The notes beneath the pieces were generated by a model. It worked only from the letters and a program-made list of their open reading frames with translations. It searched no databases and was not told the origin of the DNA. Positions 26,846-36,146 of a stretch of DNA of 64,000 nt are shown here, piece after piece (the first letter of the stretch is position 1; every line of letters starts with the position of its first letter). The position numbers and the translations under genes were made by a program. The stretch covers positions 1 to 64,000 of the IMG/VR virus record IMGVR_UViG_3300017766_004544, one strand, 5' to 3'. Origin of the DNA: a virus. Its lineage: Duplodnaviria; Caudoviricetes.

Positions 26846-27230
26846 GGCCTTCTCCGTGACGGAACCAGGTTTCAGCTGCGGAAGCGGCGAAAGAGGGCTG
26901 CAGCCATGCCTCTATTTTCGCGGCCCTGCGCTCACAATAGAAATCTTGTTGAACGTACCAGGCGCGCCAGTCCCTGGCACTACCTTTGGCCGCGTTACAA
27001 GCCCGGCAGGCAGCGACCAGATTGGAGCGCAAGCTGCTGCCACCGAAGGCCCTGGGCTTGACGTGATCCAGGGTCATCGTCAACGGCCGGCCGTCTTGGC
27101 CAGCGCTATGGCCGCAGTAGGCACAGCCGCCCCATTCGTCCTTGATGGCCTGACGGAAGCGCCGCCTGGCCCCACTGGGCGATAGATCGATGAGGCTGAA
27201 CACATAGTCATCCCAGTGTTCTGGCGTCAT
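26637..27230 (-). CDS. HNH endonuclease with long C-terminal tail
   Basis: CAYCG..TLDHVKPRAFGG..NLVAACRACNAAKG. Confidence 0.85.
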   Translation of the reverse strand: MTPEHWDDYVFSLIDLSPSGARRRFRQAIKDEWGGCAYCGHSAGQDGRPLTMTLDHVKPRAFGGSSLRSNLVAACRACNAAKGSARDWRAWYVQQDFYCERRAAKIEAWLQPSFAASAAETWFRHGEGHGGHGADLGAEVPAAPGRDRGQGHEQGRTRRSFVHFLGGAIQAQADLHCEQPGSWVHVLPGGETSMAAA

Positions 27231-27363
27231 CCGCCGTCTTCGGTTGAGGCAACGCTAGGCAGCAGCCACAGTGCGCAAAATGAGTGCCGCCTCGAACCTT
27301 TCTAGGATGCCGGCTTGCGATACGGCTGACAGGGCGTACACTGACGCCGTCTCCGCTGGGACG

Positions 27364-27639
27364 ATGACCGAAGAGGCCCGCCTGCTACTGGATCGCATGG
27401 ATCAGCTCGAGTCCAAACTCGAGACGATCCTGGAGTCGCTCGGCTGTCGTGAGACCGAGCAGTGGATCGACCGCAAAAACGCCTGCCGCCTGCTGGGCAT
27501 CAGCGACAGCCACCTGCTCACCCTGATTGCCAAGGGCACCATCAAGGGCGACTCGATCCGCAATGTCGGTACCGCCAAGAAGGCGCGCTACCGCTTCCAC
27601 CGGGTCAAGCTGCTGAATCAATACCTGGCTCGCGCTTGA
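27364..27639 (+). CDS. Excisionase-like winged HTH protein
   Basis: WIDRKNACRLLGIS..LL..I.KG..YRF; convergent with int. Confidence 0.7.
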   Translation: MTEEARLLLDRMDQLESKLETILESLGCRETEQWIDRKNACRLLGISDSHLLTLIAKGTIKGDSIRNVGTAKKARYRFHRVKLLNQYLARA

Positions 27640-28738
27640 ACTTATGGCCGATGCGCTCGCGCAGCGCAGCCATGTGCCGCCGGTCGATCCAGTGCCGGTA
27701 GGTGTTGTTGTGAATCTCAACAGAGTGGCCCATCAGCCGCGCACCCACGTCGGAGCTGATGCCGTACTTCAGCAAGCGGATCGCATAGGCGTGGCGCGCC
27801 GCATAGAGCGGCATGGCAATGCCCTGGTCCCGCAGGTAATCGTTACAGGCCCGTGACACCTTGAGCTTGTCCTGGCTGGGGCGGTGCATGTGATGCAGCC
27901 CCAGCTCCTCGATCCACTCCTCCGGGCAGGCCCAGACCTGCCGGTTGCCGGTCTTGGTCTCGTGGGGCACCTCCAGCACGCCGTCGGCCCCCAGGGTGCA
28001 GCCAATGATCTCGTGGGGGCGGATGCCAAAGGCCATGACGATCCCGAACATCCAGCGCCAGTGCGGCAGGCGGAGGCGGCCCCAGAACTCCAGCAGCTCC
28101 TCATCACTCGGAATCACCCGCACCTGCAGTTCGGCGCGGCTGTAGCCAGCCGCCGCCTGGGCAATCGCCTCGCGGTCGACCGGCAGGTCCAGCAAGGCAA
28201 GCGCTTGACTAAAGACCGAGCCGGTGGACTTGCGCGAGCTCGGCGATTCGACCTGCAGCAGCGCGGCCACCAGGCGCTCCTGGTCGCAGGGCCCGCGCAT
28301 GTCCCGCAGCAGGGCGATCGCCGGCTTGTACTTCTTGCCCCAGATCGTCGCCCAGCTCTTTTCGACCTCGGGGTACTTGCGATCGAACAGGGCCTCGATC
28401 GCCTCGCAGAACTGCGGCATGGTCACCGTGGCGGCGGCGTCCTCGCCCCGCAGCCGCGCCGCTAGGCCCTCGCCCTCCCAGTCCCCCCAGTGGAAGCGCC
28501 CCTCCAGCAGCTGCTCCTCCAGCTCGAAGGCCGCTGCCGCTGCGGTCTTGAGCTGCTCGGGGCTGGCCTCTAGGCCCAGGGCGATACGGGCCTGGCGGCG
28601 CTTGCCTGGGTCGTTCTGGTCCGGCAGCGTGCCCCGCAGATAGAGGCGGTTGCCGATCTGGGCGATGCTGCAGCGCTGGAGCTGGGCGTTCTTGCGCCGC
28701 AGCTGCGGTGCCAGGTTGAAGGCAGGGACTGGGGCCAT
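27605..28738 (-). CDS. int: Tyrosine integrase with N-terminal arm-binding domain
   Basis: RLYLRGTLP arm domain; GIRPHE, TKTG, ARHAYA, LMGHS..H..TY. Confidence 0.92.
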   Translation of the reverse strand: MAPVPAFNLAPQLRRKNAQLQRCSIAQIGNRLYLRGTLPDQNDPGKRRQARIALGLEASPEQLKTAAAAAFELEEQLLEGRFHWGDWEGEGLAARLRGEDAAATVTMPQFCEAIEALFDRKYPEVEKSWATIWGKKYKPAIALLRDMRGPCDQERLVAALLQVESPSSRKSTGSVFSQALALLDLPVDREAIAQAAAGYSRAELQVRVIPSDEELLEFWGRLRLPHWRWMFGIVMAFGIRPHEIIGCTLGADGVLEVPHETKTGNRQVWACPEEWIEELGLHHMHRPSQDKLKVSRACNDYLRDQGIAMPLYAARHAYAIRLLKYGISSDVGARLMGHSVEIHNNTYRHWIDRRHMAALRERIGHKFKREPGIDSAA

Positions 28739-28815
28739 GGCGGCGGGGGCGCTTGCCTTAATTCTTGCCTAAACGCCCCCAGACGGCATTGATTCGAACT
28801 CGTTCCGACTCGCAC

Positions 28816-28844
28816 AAAAAAAGCCGCCTCGGGGAGAAGCGGCT
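28816..28844 (-). terminator. Terminator downstream of tRNA fragment
   Basis: Minus strand AGCCGC-ttctccccgag-GCGGCT-TTTTTT. Confidence 0.8.
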
Positions 28845-28875
28845 CAGGGACTGGGTTTTTACCGGTGGAACTGAA

Positions 28876-28922
28876 TCGGAGCGACAGGATTTGAACCTGC
28901 GACCCCCACTACCCCAAAGTGG
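28876..28922 (-). other. attP core: 3' 47 nt of tRNA-Pro(UGG)
   Basis: Minus strand CCACTTTGGGGTAGTGG (anticodon arm) GGGTCGCAGGTTCAAATCCTGTCGCTCCGA; D-arm and 5' acceptor strand absent. Confidence 0.9.
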
Positions 28923-29030
28923 CTCGTCGTCGTTGAGACCCGTTGCTATGACTAGGGAGCAAGGGACTTGCCTAGCGGCTCTTGCCTAGTGACTTGCCTA
29001 ATGCCTAGGGCTGGCCACTTCCTGACCCGC

Positions 29031-29255
29031 TCAGCGCTCCTCGGCCCCCAGCCCCTCGCGCAGGATTGGCCTCAGCGTCTCGGCGATGGGGAAGTGGCGC
29101 AGCAGGGCCCGCGCCTCCTTCCTGACCTCCCCAGGGACCCGCTTGGTCGCCTGCGGGTCGCTGAGCCGCAAGAGAAAGTCCCGCGTCGCCACCACAGCGG
29201 CAACCTGCTGCAGGGGGCTACTGATCGGGACGGTCAAGCGGTAGCGGTCGCTCAC
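29031..29255 (-). CDS. BPSL0761-like small protein
   Basis: TRDFLLRL.DP..RVP.EVRKEARALLRHFP. Confidence 0.7.
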   Translation of the reverse strand: MSDRYRLTVPISSPLQQVAAVVATRDFLLRLSDPQATKRVPGEVRKEARALLRHFPIAETLRPILREGLGAEER

Positions 29256-29620
29256 GCGGGTGTGGCCACGTCAATCGCGGCTCCGACCAGCGCATCGGCG
29301 AGACCCTTGATCTCGGTCTCGTGCCACCCGGCGGTCAGCGAGGCCAGCACCGCCTCACCCACCAGGTAGCAGTAGTCCTGGAAGAGGCCGGTGTAGGTGT
29401 TCGCCAGCGGATGCTCGGGGTTGTCCCGTTCGTCGGCGTAGTACAGGAACTCGAGGAAGTCGGCTCGGTTCTGGTCCTGGCGGACCTGCCCAGTGGGGGC
29501 AGTCCCTTGGGCCCTGCAGGCTTCAGTCAACGGATTGCAAGACATGGCATCGCCAAGGTAGCGACCCCTTTCAATAAGGGCAGCCATGGCCTTCATTTCG
29601 AGGACTGGTTGGCAGCCCAC
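29252..29620 (-). CDS. Hypothetical cyanophage protein
   Basis: FLEFLY..DER..HP..YTGL. Confidence 0.6.
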   Translation of the reverse strand: MGCQPVLEMKAMAALIERGRYLGDAMSCNPLTEACRAQGTAPTGQVRQDQNRADFLEFLYYADERDNPEHPLANTYTGLFQDYCYLVGEAVLASLTAGWHETEIKGLADALVGAAIDVATPA

Positions 29621-29679
29621 GCCTGCTGTGCCGCGCGGACTGCCCGCTGTGGCTCATAATGGGGCGCCGATCCGGCCCT

Positions 29680-30522
29680 ATGAGCACCCTGCTCGCGGCC
29701 TGGGAGCAGTTCCGCGCCGAGCGAGCAACCTCCCTGTGCCCCACCAGCCTCACCAGTGACTACGTCGTGGTCGACAAGTGGCTGCGGCGCTGCCCGCTCC
29801 AGGACCTCCACCAGTCCCGGCTGGTCATGGGCTGGGTCCTGAGCCAGTCTCCGCCCAAGTCGGCCAGGCGGGTGGCGATGTACCTCAAGTCCCTATGCCG
29901 CTGGGCGGCCAGCGAAGACATCGCCCTACTGGAGCGCAACCCGCTCACCAGCTACCGCATGCCCAAGCCGCCCCAGGGCGAGGAAGAGGTAGTGGTGATC
30001 CCGCGCCACAAGACAGCGCTGGTGCTGATCGCCCTGGAGCGCGACGTCATGCCCAACTGGTCCCTGTACGCCGAGTGGATGCTGCAGACCGCTATGCGCA
30101 CCGGCGAGGTCCGGGCCCTGCGCTGGCGCGACATCAAGGATGACCGCATCCTGGTGCACCAGAACTTCACCTTGACCCACGGCCTTAAGACCAGCACCAA
30201 GACAAACCGACAGCGCTGGGTTCCGCTCAATGAGCGCTGCCAGGCGATCCTGGCGCAGCTGGACACGGCTGGCGACTACCTCTTCCCGTGGAACCGCCAG
30301 GCCTTCCAGAGCATCTTCTACGACCGCATGCGACGAGCGCAGCAGGCGGGCCTCATCGAGCGGCGGTATCGCCCCTACGACCTGCGCCACACTGCCATCT
30401 CCCGCTGGATCGAGGCGGGGATTCCCGTGGCCCAGGTGGCGGCCTGGGCTGGCAACTCGGCGGAAGTGATCTGGAAGCACTACGCCGGTGTCAGCCAGGA
30501 CTACGCCATGCCGGTTCTCTAA
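29680..30522 (+). CDS. Second tyrosine recombinase (no arm domain)
   Basis: TAMRTGE, KT, YDLRHT, WAGNS..HY. Confidence 0.9.
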   Translation: MSTLLAAWEQFRAERATSLCPTSLTSDYVVVDKWLRRCPLQDLHQSRLVMGWVLSQSPPKSARRVAMYLKSLCRWAASEDIALLERNPLTSYRMPKPPQGEEEVVVIPRHKTALVLIALERDVMPNWSLYAEWMLQTAMRTGEVRALRWRDIKDDRILVHQNFTLTHGLKTSTKTNRQRWVPLNERCQAILAQLDTAGDYLFPWNRQAFQSIFYDRMRRAQQAGLIERRYRPYDLRHTAISRWIEAGIPVAQVAAWAGNSAEVIWKHYAGVSQDYAMPVL

Positions 30523-30695
30523 GAAGGCCGACATCTCAAAGTGCGCTCATGCCAGCCGCAGAGAGCGCCGGCACCGCTGGCGGCACTGCGCTCCGGACTA
30601 TGAGCGCCTGTCCAATCCTGCCCCTCTAAGGCAGAGCGGGCTGTCCGTACTGCTGGCCTCCACCTCAAGCCCCATTCACCCCCTGGGGACCTGGC

Positions 30696-31280
30696 CTAGG
30701 GGACGTCGCTTTGCTCGCCCTCCAGATCGCTCAGATTGGCGGCGAGCTGAGGCTCGTCACTCACATCGCCCGACACGGGCTCCGGGGTGACGGGCTCGGG
30801 CGGCACGGGCGCAGGCAGGCGCGGATCGGGCGGCCAGCTGCTGTACTCGGGGCTGGTGACGAACGCTGCCAATTCCTCTGTCGTGGCAGTGGTGACGATG
30901 CCAGAAATCTTGAGCTCCGAGGCCAGTCGCAGGTCTTCCCGCCAGCCCTTGATCTCGGGGTCAACAGAGACACCGTTGTCCTGCTCGCGAATCACCATCC
31001 AGTCGGTGGGAGTGATCAGGGTGCCGGCAGTTGTACGGGTCTGCTGAGTCCACTGCTCGACGAGCTGGCTGTGGTCCTTGGGAATCAGGTTGCCGTCCGC
31101 GTCGTAGCCCCAGTAAAACCGCTGGTCATACGGCTGAGGATCTGGAACCTCGGTAATGCCGATGGCTTCGCGCTCTTCGGGGGTCGATAAGCGCAAAAAG
31201 TTGGCCGGGTACTGCACACCCGTCTGCGGATCCGTGAAGGCCACGTCCGGGCTGAGTGACTTTCCGTCGAGGATGAACAT
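30696..31280 (-). CDS. Tail fibre assembly/chaperone-like protein
   Basis: FILDGK..QYPANFLRLST.EER.AIGI..YDQRFYWG..PTDW; directly downstream of fibre. Confidence 0.75.
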   Translation of the reverse strand: MFILDGKSLSPDVAFTDPQTGVQYPANFLRLSTPEEREAIGITEVPDPQPYDQRFYWGYDADGNLIPKDHSQLVEQWTQQTRTTAGTLITPTDWMVIREQDNGVSVDPEIKGWREDLRLASELKISGIVTTATTEELAAFVTSPEYSSWPPDPRLPAPVPPEPVTPEPVSGDVSDEPQLAANLSDLEGEQSDVP

Positions 31281-31442
31281 GGCGATCAGGTCCGTAGTTC
31301 TAGGTTAGCTTCGGCGGCCTATAAGCGAAGGTGACTAAAAGGTTTGATGGCCTGAACGTGAGACGCCTCATAAGGACGAAGCAGGGGTTCAGGCTCTGTC
31401 ATTAGAGTGTAGGTCCTGTGAGCCCAGAGGACTTGTTCACTA

Positions 31443-34400
31443 CTAGCGGGCGCGGTTGTTGGCGGCAAAGGGCGATTCGGCCCAAGCAAAACCGACATAT
31501 GTGCCACTACTTGCGTTGGAATCGTTGTATGCGTTTCTGATTTTGAAACCGTTACTTAAAAAATCCCAACCAAGGCCAGACTGAGCTGCTTCAGCATCAC
31601 TTGTGTTGGCATACAAATAAGTATTGTTCAAGTTGTAAGCCCCACGAGCGGCATCTACTAATAGCCAGTTGCCGGTTGCGTCAGTGCGTTTAATTAGCAA
31701 TAGCTTGGGGCGGAAAGATAATGCAACAAATGGTCCGTCTGAGCTAGATCCATTTCCGGTGAAGGAAAACGCAGAAGAGTACCCGTCTAATGGCGCCCAG
31801 CAATACGCCACCAGAAGATTTGAAGACCCGTTTGATCCGGATTGCGTTCCAACAGAAAATACAGTTGAGGAAGGTGCAGTACCATTCCACATTGTGGATA
31901 CACTGTCTGCCCCATCCGTTGCATTAAGACGTAGGCGAAGATTGGCGTTGCCCAATGCTTGATGGTAGACCTGCCAGTTATCGGCGCTACTGCTGCGGTT
32001 TTTGACAATCAGCATTGATGGCGCAACGCCAAGCCCATGCCCAACCGTGGCGTTGGCTCCAGTTCCCGTGTACGTGACCACCGAGAACCCCGCACTCGGG
32101 TTAGCCCGCACCTGAGAAGCGATGGAGCCTTGCGTGTTCGTGACTGTTGTATTCCCGGCGTCCCAGGCCCAGGCGGCGTAAGACCCAGAGCTGGCGTTAA
32201 ATCCAGCATCTGCATCTAGGCTGAAGCCATCTGAGTTGAAAGAGGTGATGCAATCTGTCTCGGTAATCTCTGCGCTGGTCTGATCCGATGAAAGCAACTT
32301 GGTGTTGCCACGAACCGTGTCCGTTAGCCAATGACTGCGGGCGGCAGATCTCTGCTTAACCCACACCAGATCCGGCGAGAACCCCAGCCCTGAAATCGTC
32401 TGCGAACTGCCATTACCAGTCCAGAGCTTCACATCGAACAGGTCACTAGGCTTTGTGACTACTGGGGCCGGGAGGTTAGCCGTACAGAGCGCCTTGAAGC
32501 CCGCTGGTGCTTGATACGCCCAACTGCGTTGGCCCCAGTTCGAGTTAAGAGTGCAACTAACTATCGTGGCAAAAGGCCAGAACGTGCCAGTCAAACCAGA
32601 CACAGCTGGGTTGGCGCCTGTGACAGGGTTGCCACTGTTTTGCCAGGTGCCGTTCTTTGAGAAATAAAGCTTACCGTTATCACCGTCATACGCGATTCCA
32701 ATCACGTCTCCCGTTGTGTATGTAGCTCCATAAGCCGAGTTGCTAGAGTCAGTGTAAACATTGCCGTCTACACTGTAATAACCACGGCGGTTAGCATCAG
32801 AAGCGGCTTGAGATGGATTATTTGAAATGCCAATTACTGCCCCACTGCCGATAGACGCAACAGTGTGCTCCCAGTAGTATTTGCCGGAGCTGACGCCTAT
32901 GGTTCCGTAAATGCGGTAAACACTAGCATTTGAAGTATCAAGATTTCCATTAGATACAACGCCGGTACTGCCTGCGATGGGGTTCCAGGTGCAGTAGTTT
33001 CCTCGAACTTGATTCCCGAGCCCAGAATCTACCTCGCTGCCATTAGTGGGAACGTCTAGTAAAGAGTCATTTTCCTTCGTGCTTTGACTGTTGTTGCTAA
33101 GTGTCGCGCCAGCCACCCAGGAGCCAGACGGGCTTGCAAGCACAAAGCTGTTCGAGCCAGCATCCTTGGAGTAAACAATGCCAGACCCGCTCGACGCTCC
33201 ACTAGCCAACACGGAGTCCCCAAGGCGCAACTCGGATACGAACCCTGACGGAGTGGTGGTCGTTATGTTCCTCAGCCCTGCTCCACTTACCAAGATGTAG
33301 CCGTCAATCTCGATAGCGGCGGGCCAATAGAGATCGGGAGACCAGCTATCAGAGGAGTTCTTGACCGTGAAGGCTGTGATAGATGTAATGGCCTCGCCCG
33401 GCGTCATCAGGCTAGAGTAGTCAACCCACGACCAGCCACTGCCAACGGTTGGCTTCTTGCCATTCACTTCGGTGTACATCCTATACGTCGTCCCTCCGGC
33501 AGCCGCGTTCCAGGCATTGATACAAAATATGCGGAGCGATTTGTTGAAGGTCAGTCCAGGTGGGAACCATGTGCAGTAATAGGTTCCGCCGTTGTAGGTA
33601 TAGTTTGATACATACGGTCGTGCATCAGTGCTGCCGGCAAAGGTGGCTGCCGGGAATGAGTTTGTGTATAGGTAAGAGCTGTATGTACCCGTGCTCTGAT
33701 ATGTAGGCTGAGAGCTGGTGCTAGTAGCCGATATGGTTCCCGAGTAGCCGATGTACGTTGAGATGTTGTTCGGCGTCCAGTTGTTGGCCGGGGAGTTGCC
33801 ACTAGTGTCCTTCCCTAATGCCGCTGCGGTTGCTGCACTGTTGTCCGCGAAATCGAGGTGCCAGCCTTGCGAGCCGTAGCTGCCGGTGTACGCCTTGGGC
33901 ACCCACACGCCGGTGGTCGCGGAGAACTCGCCGAAGCTGGTGGGGTCTAGGGCTTGGCCGTCGATGAAGTGGATGTCGGCGAGGTAGCCGTTGAGGTATG
34001 CGGAAGGTGTAGTGGCCGCCCCAATTCCATGTAGTGCCGCTTGGTTTATCCCTAGATCGGCGTTTTGGCTGGGGTTTGCGGAGGTGGAAAATGCAGTTAT
34101 CTGAGAACCATTGACGTACAGCTTTATTCTGTTTGCTGCAGTCGCTTGAGTTGTATCAAGCGCCAGCACTATGTGCATCCACGCAGAGCAATCCCTGAAT
34201 ACGGCGCTAGTGGTGAACCAAGTTGTTACCGGACCCGAAAACTCTAACGTGTTGGTACTCTTTAAGTAGAAGATAGAAAATTGGCTGTCTGACGAAACTG
34301 GGCGGCAATCAAGAAGCGCCTGATCTGTTCCAAGCCCGCTCCGCTTCACCCACCCCGCCCAGGTCCACGTCTTGCGGTTGCCGGCTGATGCGGGGGTGTG

Positions 34401-34511
34401 GCTGAGAAAACTGCTGTCGGCTGCGTTGAAGCGGAGGGAACGTGAGATGCTGTATCCGCCAGCGCCAGCAGCATCGGCGGCCAGTAGTAGGTTGCTGTTG
34501 ATCATGCTCAT
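31443..34511 (-). CDS. Tail fibre/receptor-binding protein (LamG/ConA, SPRY-like, C-terminal repeat domains)
   Basis: SLRFN..KTWTWAGWVKR, GKYYWE..IGVAYD..GKLYFSKNG, YTGNG/PDLVWVK repeats. Confidence 0.88.
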   Translation of the reverse strand: MSMINSNLLLAADAAGAGGYSISRSLRFNAADSSFLSHTPASAGNRKTWTWAGWVKRSGLGTDQALLDCRPVSSDSQFSIFYLKSTNTLEFSGPVTTWFTTSAVFRDCSAWMHIVLALDTTQATAANRIKLYVNGSQITAFSTSANPSQNADLGINQAALHGIGAATTPSAYLNGYLADIHFIDGQALDPTSFGEFSATTGVWVPKAYTGSYGSQGWHLDFADNSAATAAALGKDTSGNSPANNWTPNNISTYIGYSGTISATSTSSQPTYQSTGTYSSYLYTNSFPAATFAGSTDARPYVSNYTYNGGTYYCTWFPPGLTFNKSLRIFCINAWNAAAGGTTYRMYTEVNGKKPTVGSGWSWVDYSSLMTPGEAITSITAFTVKNSSDSWSPDLYWPAAIEIDGYILVSGAGLRNITTTTPSGFVSELRLGDSVLASGASSGSGIVYSKDAGSNSFVLASPSGSWVAGATLSNNSQSTKENDSLLDVPTNGSEVDSGLGNQVRGNYCTWNPIAGSTGVVSNGNLDTSNASVYRIYGTIGVSSGKYYWEHTVASIGSGAVIGISNNPSQAASDANRRGYYSVDGNVYTDSSNSAYGATYTTGDVIGIAYDGDNGKLYFSKNGTWQNSGNPVTGANPAVSGLTGTFWPFATIVSCTLNSNWGQRSWAYQAPAGFKALCTANLPAPVVTKPSDLFDVKLWTGNGSSQTISGLGFSPDLVWVKQRSAARSHWLTDTVRGNTKLLSSDQTSAEITETDCITSFNSDGFSLDADAGFNASSGSYAAWAWDAGNTTVTNTQGSIASQVRANPSAGFSVVTYTGTGANATVGHGLGVAPSMLIVKNRSSSADNWQVYHQALGNANLRLRLNATDGADSVSTMWNGTAPSSTVFSVGTQSGSNGSSNLLVAYCWAPLDGYSSAFSFTGNGSSSDGPFVALSFRPKLLLIKRTDATGNWLLVDAARGAYNLNNTYLYANTSDAEAAQSGLGWDFLSNGFKIRNAYNDSNASSGTYVGFAWAESPFAANNRAR

Positions 34512-34894
34512 TTCACGTCCAAGACAAGGCGAGCTGTGATGCGCGTGGCGGATTCGACGTAGTAGACCAGGGCGTCCGTGCCGCTAGCCGTTGCGGTCGG
34601 CGCCGTGCCCCCGGGGAACTTCCAGTAGCTCCCGTACGCCAGGGTGTAGGCGCCGCCATTGGTGATCATGATGGTGCCCGATTGTCCCGCCGTGATATTG
34701 GAGGGGTTGGCCAGAGTGCCGTTAGCTGACAGGCTCAACGAATAGTTGTTCCCGGAAGCAAAATTCAGCGTGATTGTGCCACTGACGCTGCCTTGCGCCA
34801 CGATCGTCCCCCGCTGGGCGGCACTAAAGCTCTGCGCTGTGCCAAGAGCGGCGTAGCCACTCAGGTCAGGAGATGGAACAAAGAACAGTGACAT
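34508..34894 (-). CDS. Tail fibre adaptor-type protein
   Basis: AAQRG..NF..GNN..LANP..AGQSG; paralog of the 36147..37037 C-terminus. Confidence 0.75.
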   Translation of the reverse strand: MSLFFVPSPDLSGYAALGTAQSFSAAQRGTIVAQGSVSGTITLNFASGNNYSLSLSANGTLANPSNITAGQSGTIMITNGGAYTLAYGSYWKFPGGTAPTATASGTDALVYYVESATRITARLVLDVK

Positions 34895-36087
34895 CAGACG
34901 TACTCCGTGACCTGAGCGGCACCGTTCGCTGAAGCCCAGATGCCGTACAGCGCATTGGTCACGATCAGCTGCTGATCCAGTAGCAGGAACCCGCCCGCTG
35001 GAATCTCGACAAAGCAGTTCGCTGTTGTGGCCGGACTACTAAAGCTCAAGTACAGCTTCGCGGTGCTGATATTGGCGACCGAGAAACCGCGGCGGCTGGC
35101 ATTGGAGGCCAGGATCGTCACACTGCTGGCACTGCTGCTGATGCTGGCCGTGGTTGGGGTCCGCGCCGCCACGCTGGTGGGTTGCGTGACTCCGCTGCCA
35201 TCGATCAGTAAGCGCGTGCTGTTGACCGTCAGCCCGGTTGGCAAAGGCACTGTTGCCGCACTGACCGGCTGAGTGACTCCACTGCCATCGACAGGTACTC
35301 GACTCGACACCAGGGCCGGCAGCTTGCCGTCGATGCTGCCCAGACTGGTATTAGTAGTGTCCTGCCTAGCGCTAGTGGCCGCTCCTGCCGGCAGTGGTAG
35401 AGCTGTTGCACTGACTGGCTGGGTAACGCCAGAGCTATCGACCAGCAAGCGCGTGCTGCTGATCGTCAGGCCCGAAGGCAGCTTGCTGTCCAGGCTGCCC
35501 AGGCTGGTATTGCCGGTGTCCTGTTTCGTTGAGGTGGCCGCACCTGTAGGTAGCGCTGAGGAGGCCACCGTGATCGACTCATCGCTCGGTGTAACGTCCG
35601 CCGCGCTCGGTGCGGCAATCACCGCGCTAGTCGACAGGTTGTACCAGACCTGCGTGACGACGGGCGTACTGGCGTTGACGTCGAGGATCAGCAGCCGCGC
35701 CAGAAAGTCCCCGTTGCTGTACCCCGTGCCGCCAGCTGTGGCAACGAACAGGGCTTGAGTGACATCACGCTCAGCCGTCGCCAAGGGCTTGAGGCCCGCC
35801 CCGGGTGTGGCACTTGTACCATCCGGTGTCGTCCAGGTGATCGTGATTGCACCGGTGCCTTCGTTGACTGTGTCACGGCGCACGTAGTAGGCACCTGAGT
35901 TATCGGTCCAGAGTGTGCTCTCTAGATCGATGCTCGCTTTGATTGCGTCGCGCACCTGCGCCAGGGTGGCCTCGGTGGCCGCACCAGTGGGCAGCGCGAT
36001 GCTGGTGATATTGGTCTGAATTGGATCGCGGATCTGACGTACCGCGATTTCTTCATAGTCGCGGTTGTTGATCCGAATGACAGGCAT
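34894..36087 (-). CDS. Tail-associated protein with internal repeats
   Basis: LPTGAAT..QDT.NTSLGS.D.KLP and D.SGVTQPVSA repeats. Confidence 0.75.
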   Translation of the reverse strand: MPVIRINNRDYEEIAVRQIRDPIQTNITSIALPTGAATEATLAQVRDAIKASIDLESTLWTDNSGAYYVRRDTVNEGTGAITITWTTPDGTSATPGAGLKPLATAERDVTQALFVATAGGTGYSNGDFLARLLILDVNASTPVVTQVWYNLSTSAVIAAPSAADVTPSDESITVASSALPTGAATSTKQDTGNTSLGSLDSKLPSGLTISSTRLLVDSSGVTQPVSATALPLPAGAATSARQDTTNTSLGSIDGKLPALVSSRVPVDGSGVTQPVSAATVPLPTGLTVNSTRLLIDGSGVTQPTSVAARTPTTASISSSASSVTILASNASRRGFSVANISTAKLYLSFSSPATTANCFVEIPAGGFLLLDQQLIVTNALYGIWASANGAAQVTEYV

Positions 36088-36146
36088 CGAACTGCAGGAT
36101 CCACTGTTCGGTTCATTCTAAGAATGAACACCGCGCTACTTCTGGC

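Larger units (their letters stand above)
28752..29007 (+). repeat. CTTGCCT(A/T) direct repeats flanking att core (putative arm sites)
   Basis: Copies at 28752, 28764, 28967, 28981, 28993; partial TGCCTA at 29002. Confidence 0.75.

Noticed and set aside
28876-28950. Intact tRNA-Pro gene
   Set aside because: Sequence 5' of the anticodon stem (CGGGTCTCAACGACGACGAG) cannot form a D-arm or pair with the acceptor strand; only the 3' 47 nt are present, so it is an att core
29640-30610. Shufflon or invertible segment around the second recombinase
   Set aside because: Only 7-8 bp inverted matches (GCTCATA/TATGAGC, GCGCTCAT/ATGAGCGC), expected by chance; no inverted alternative fibre cassettes
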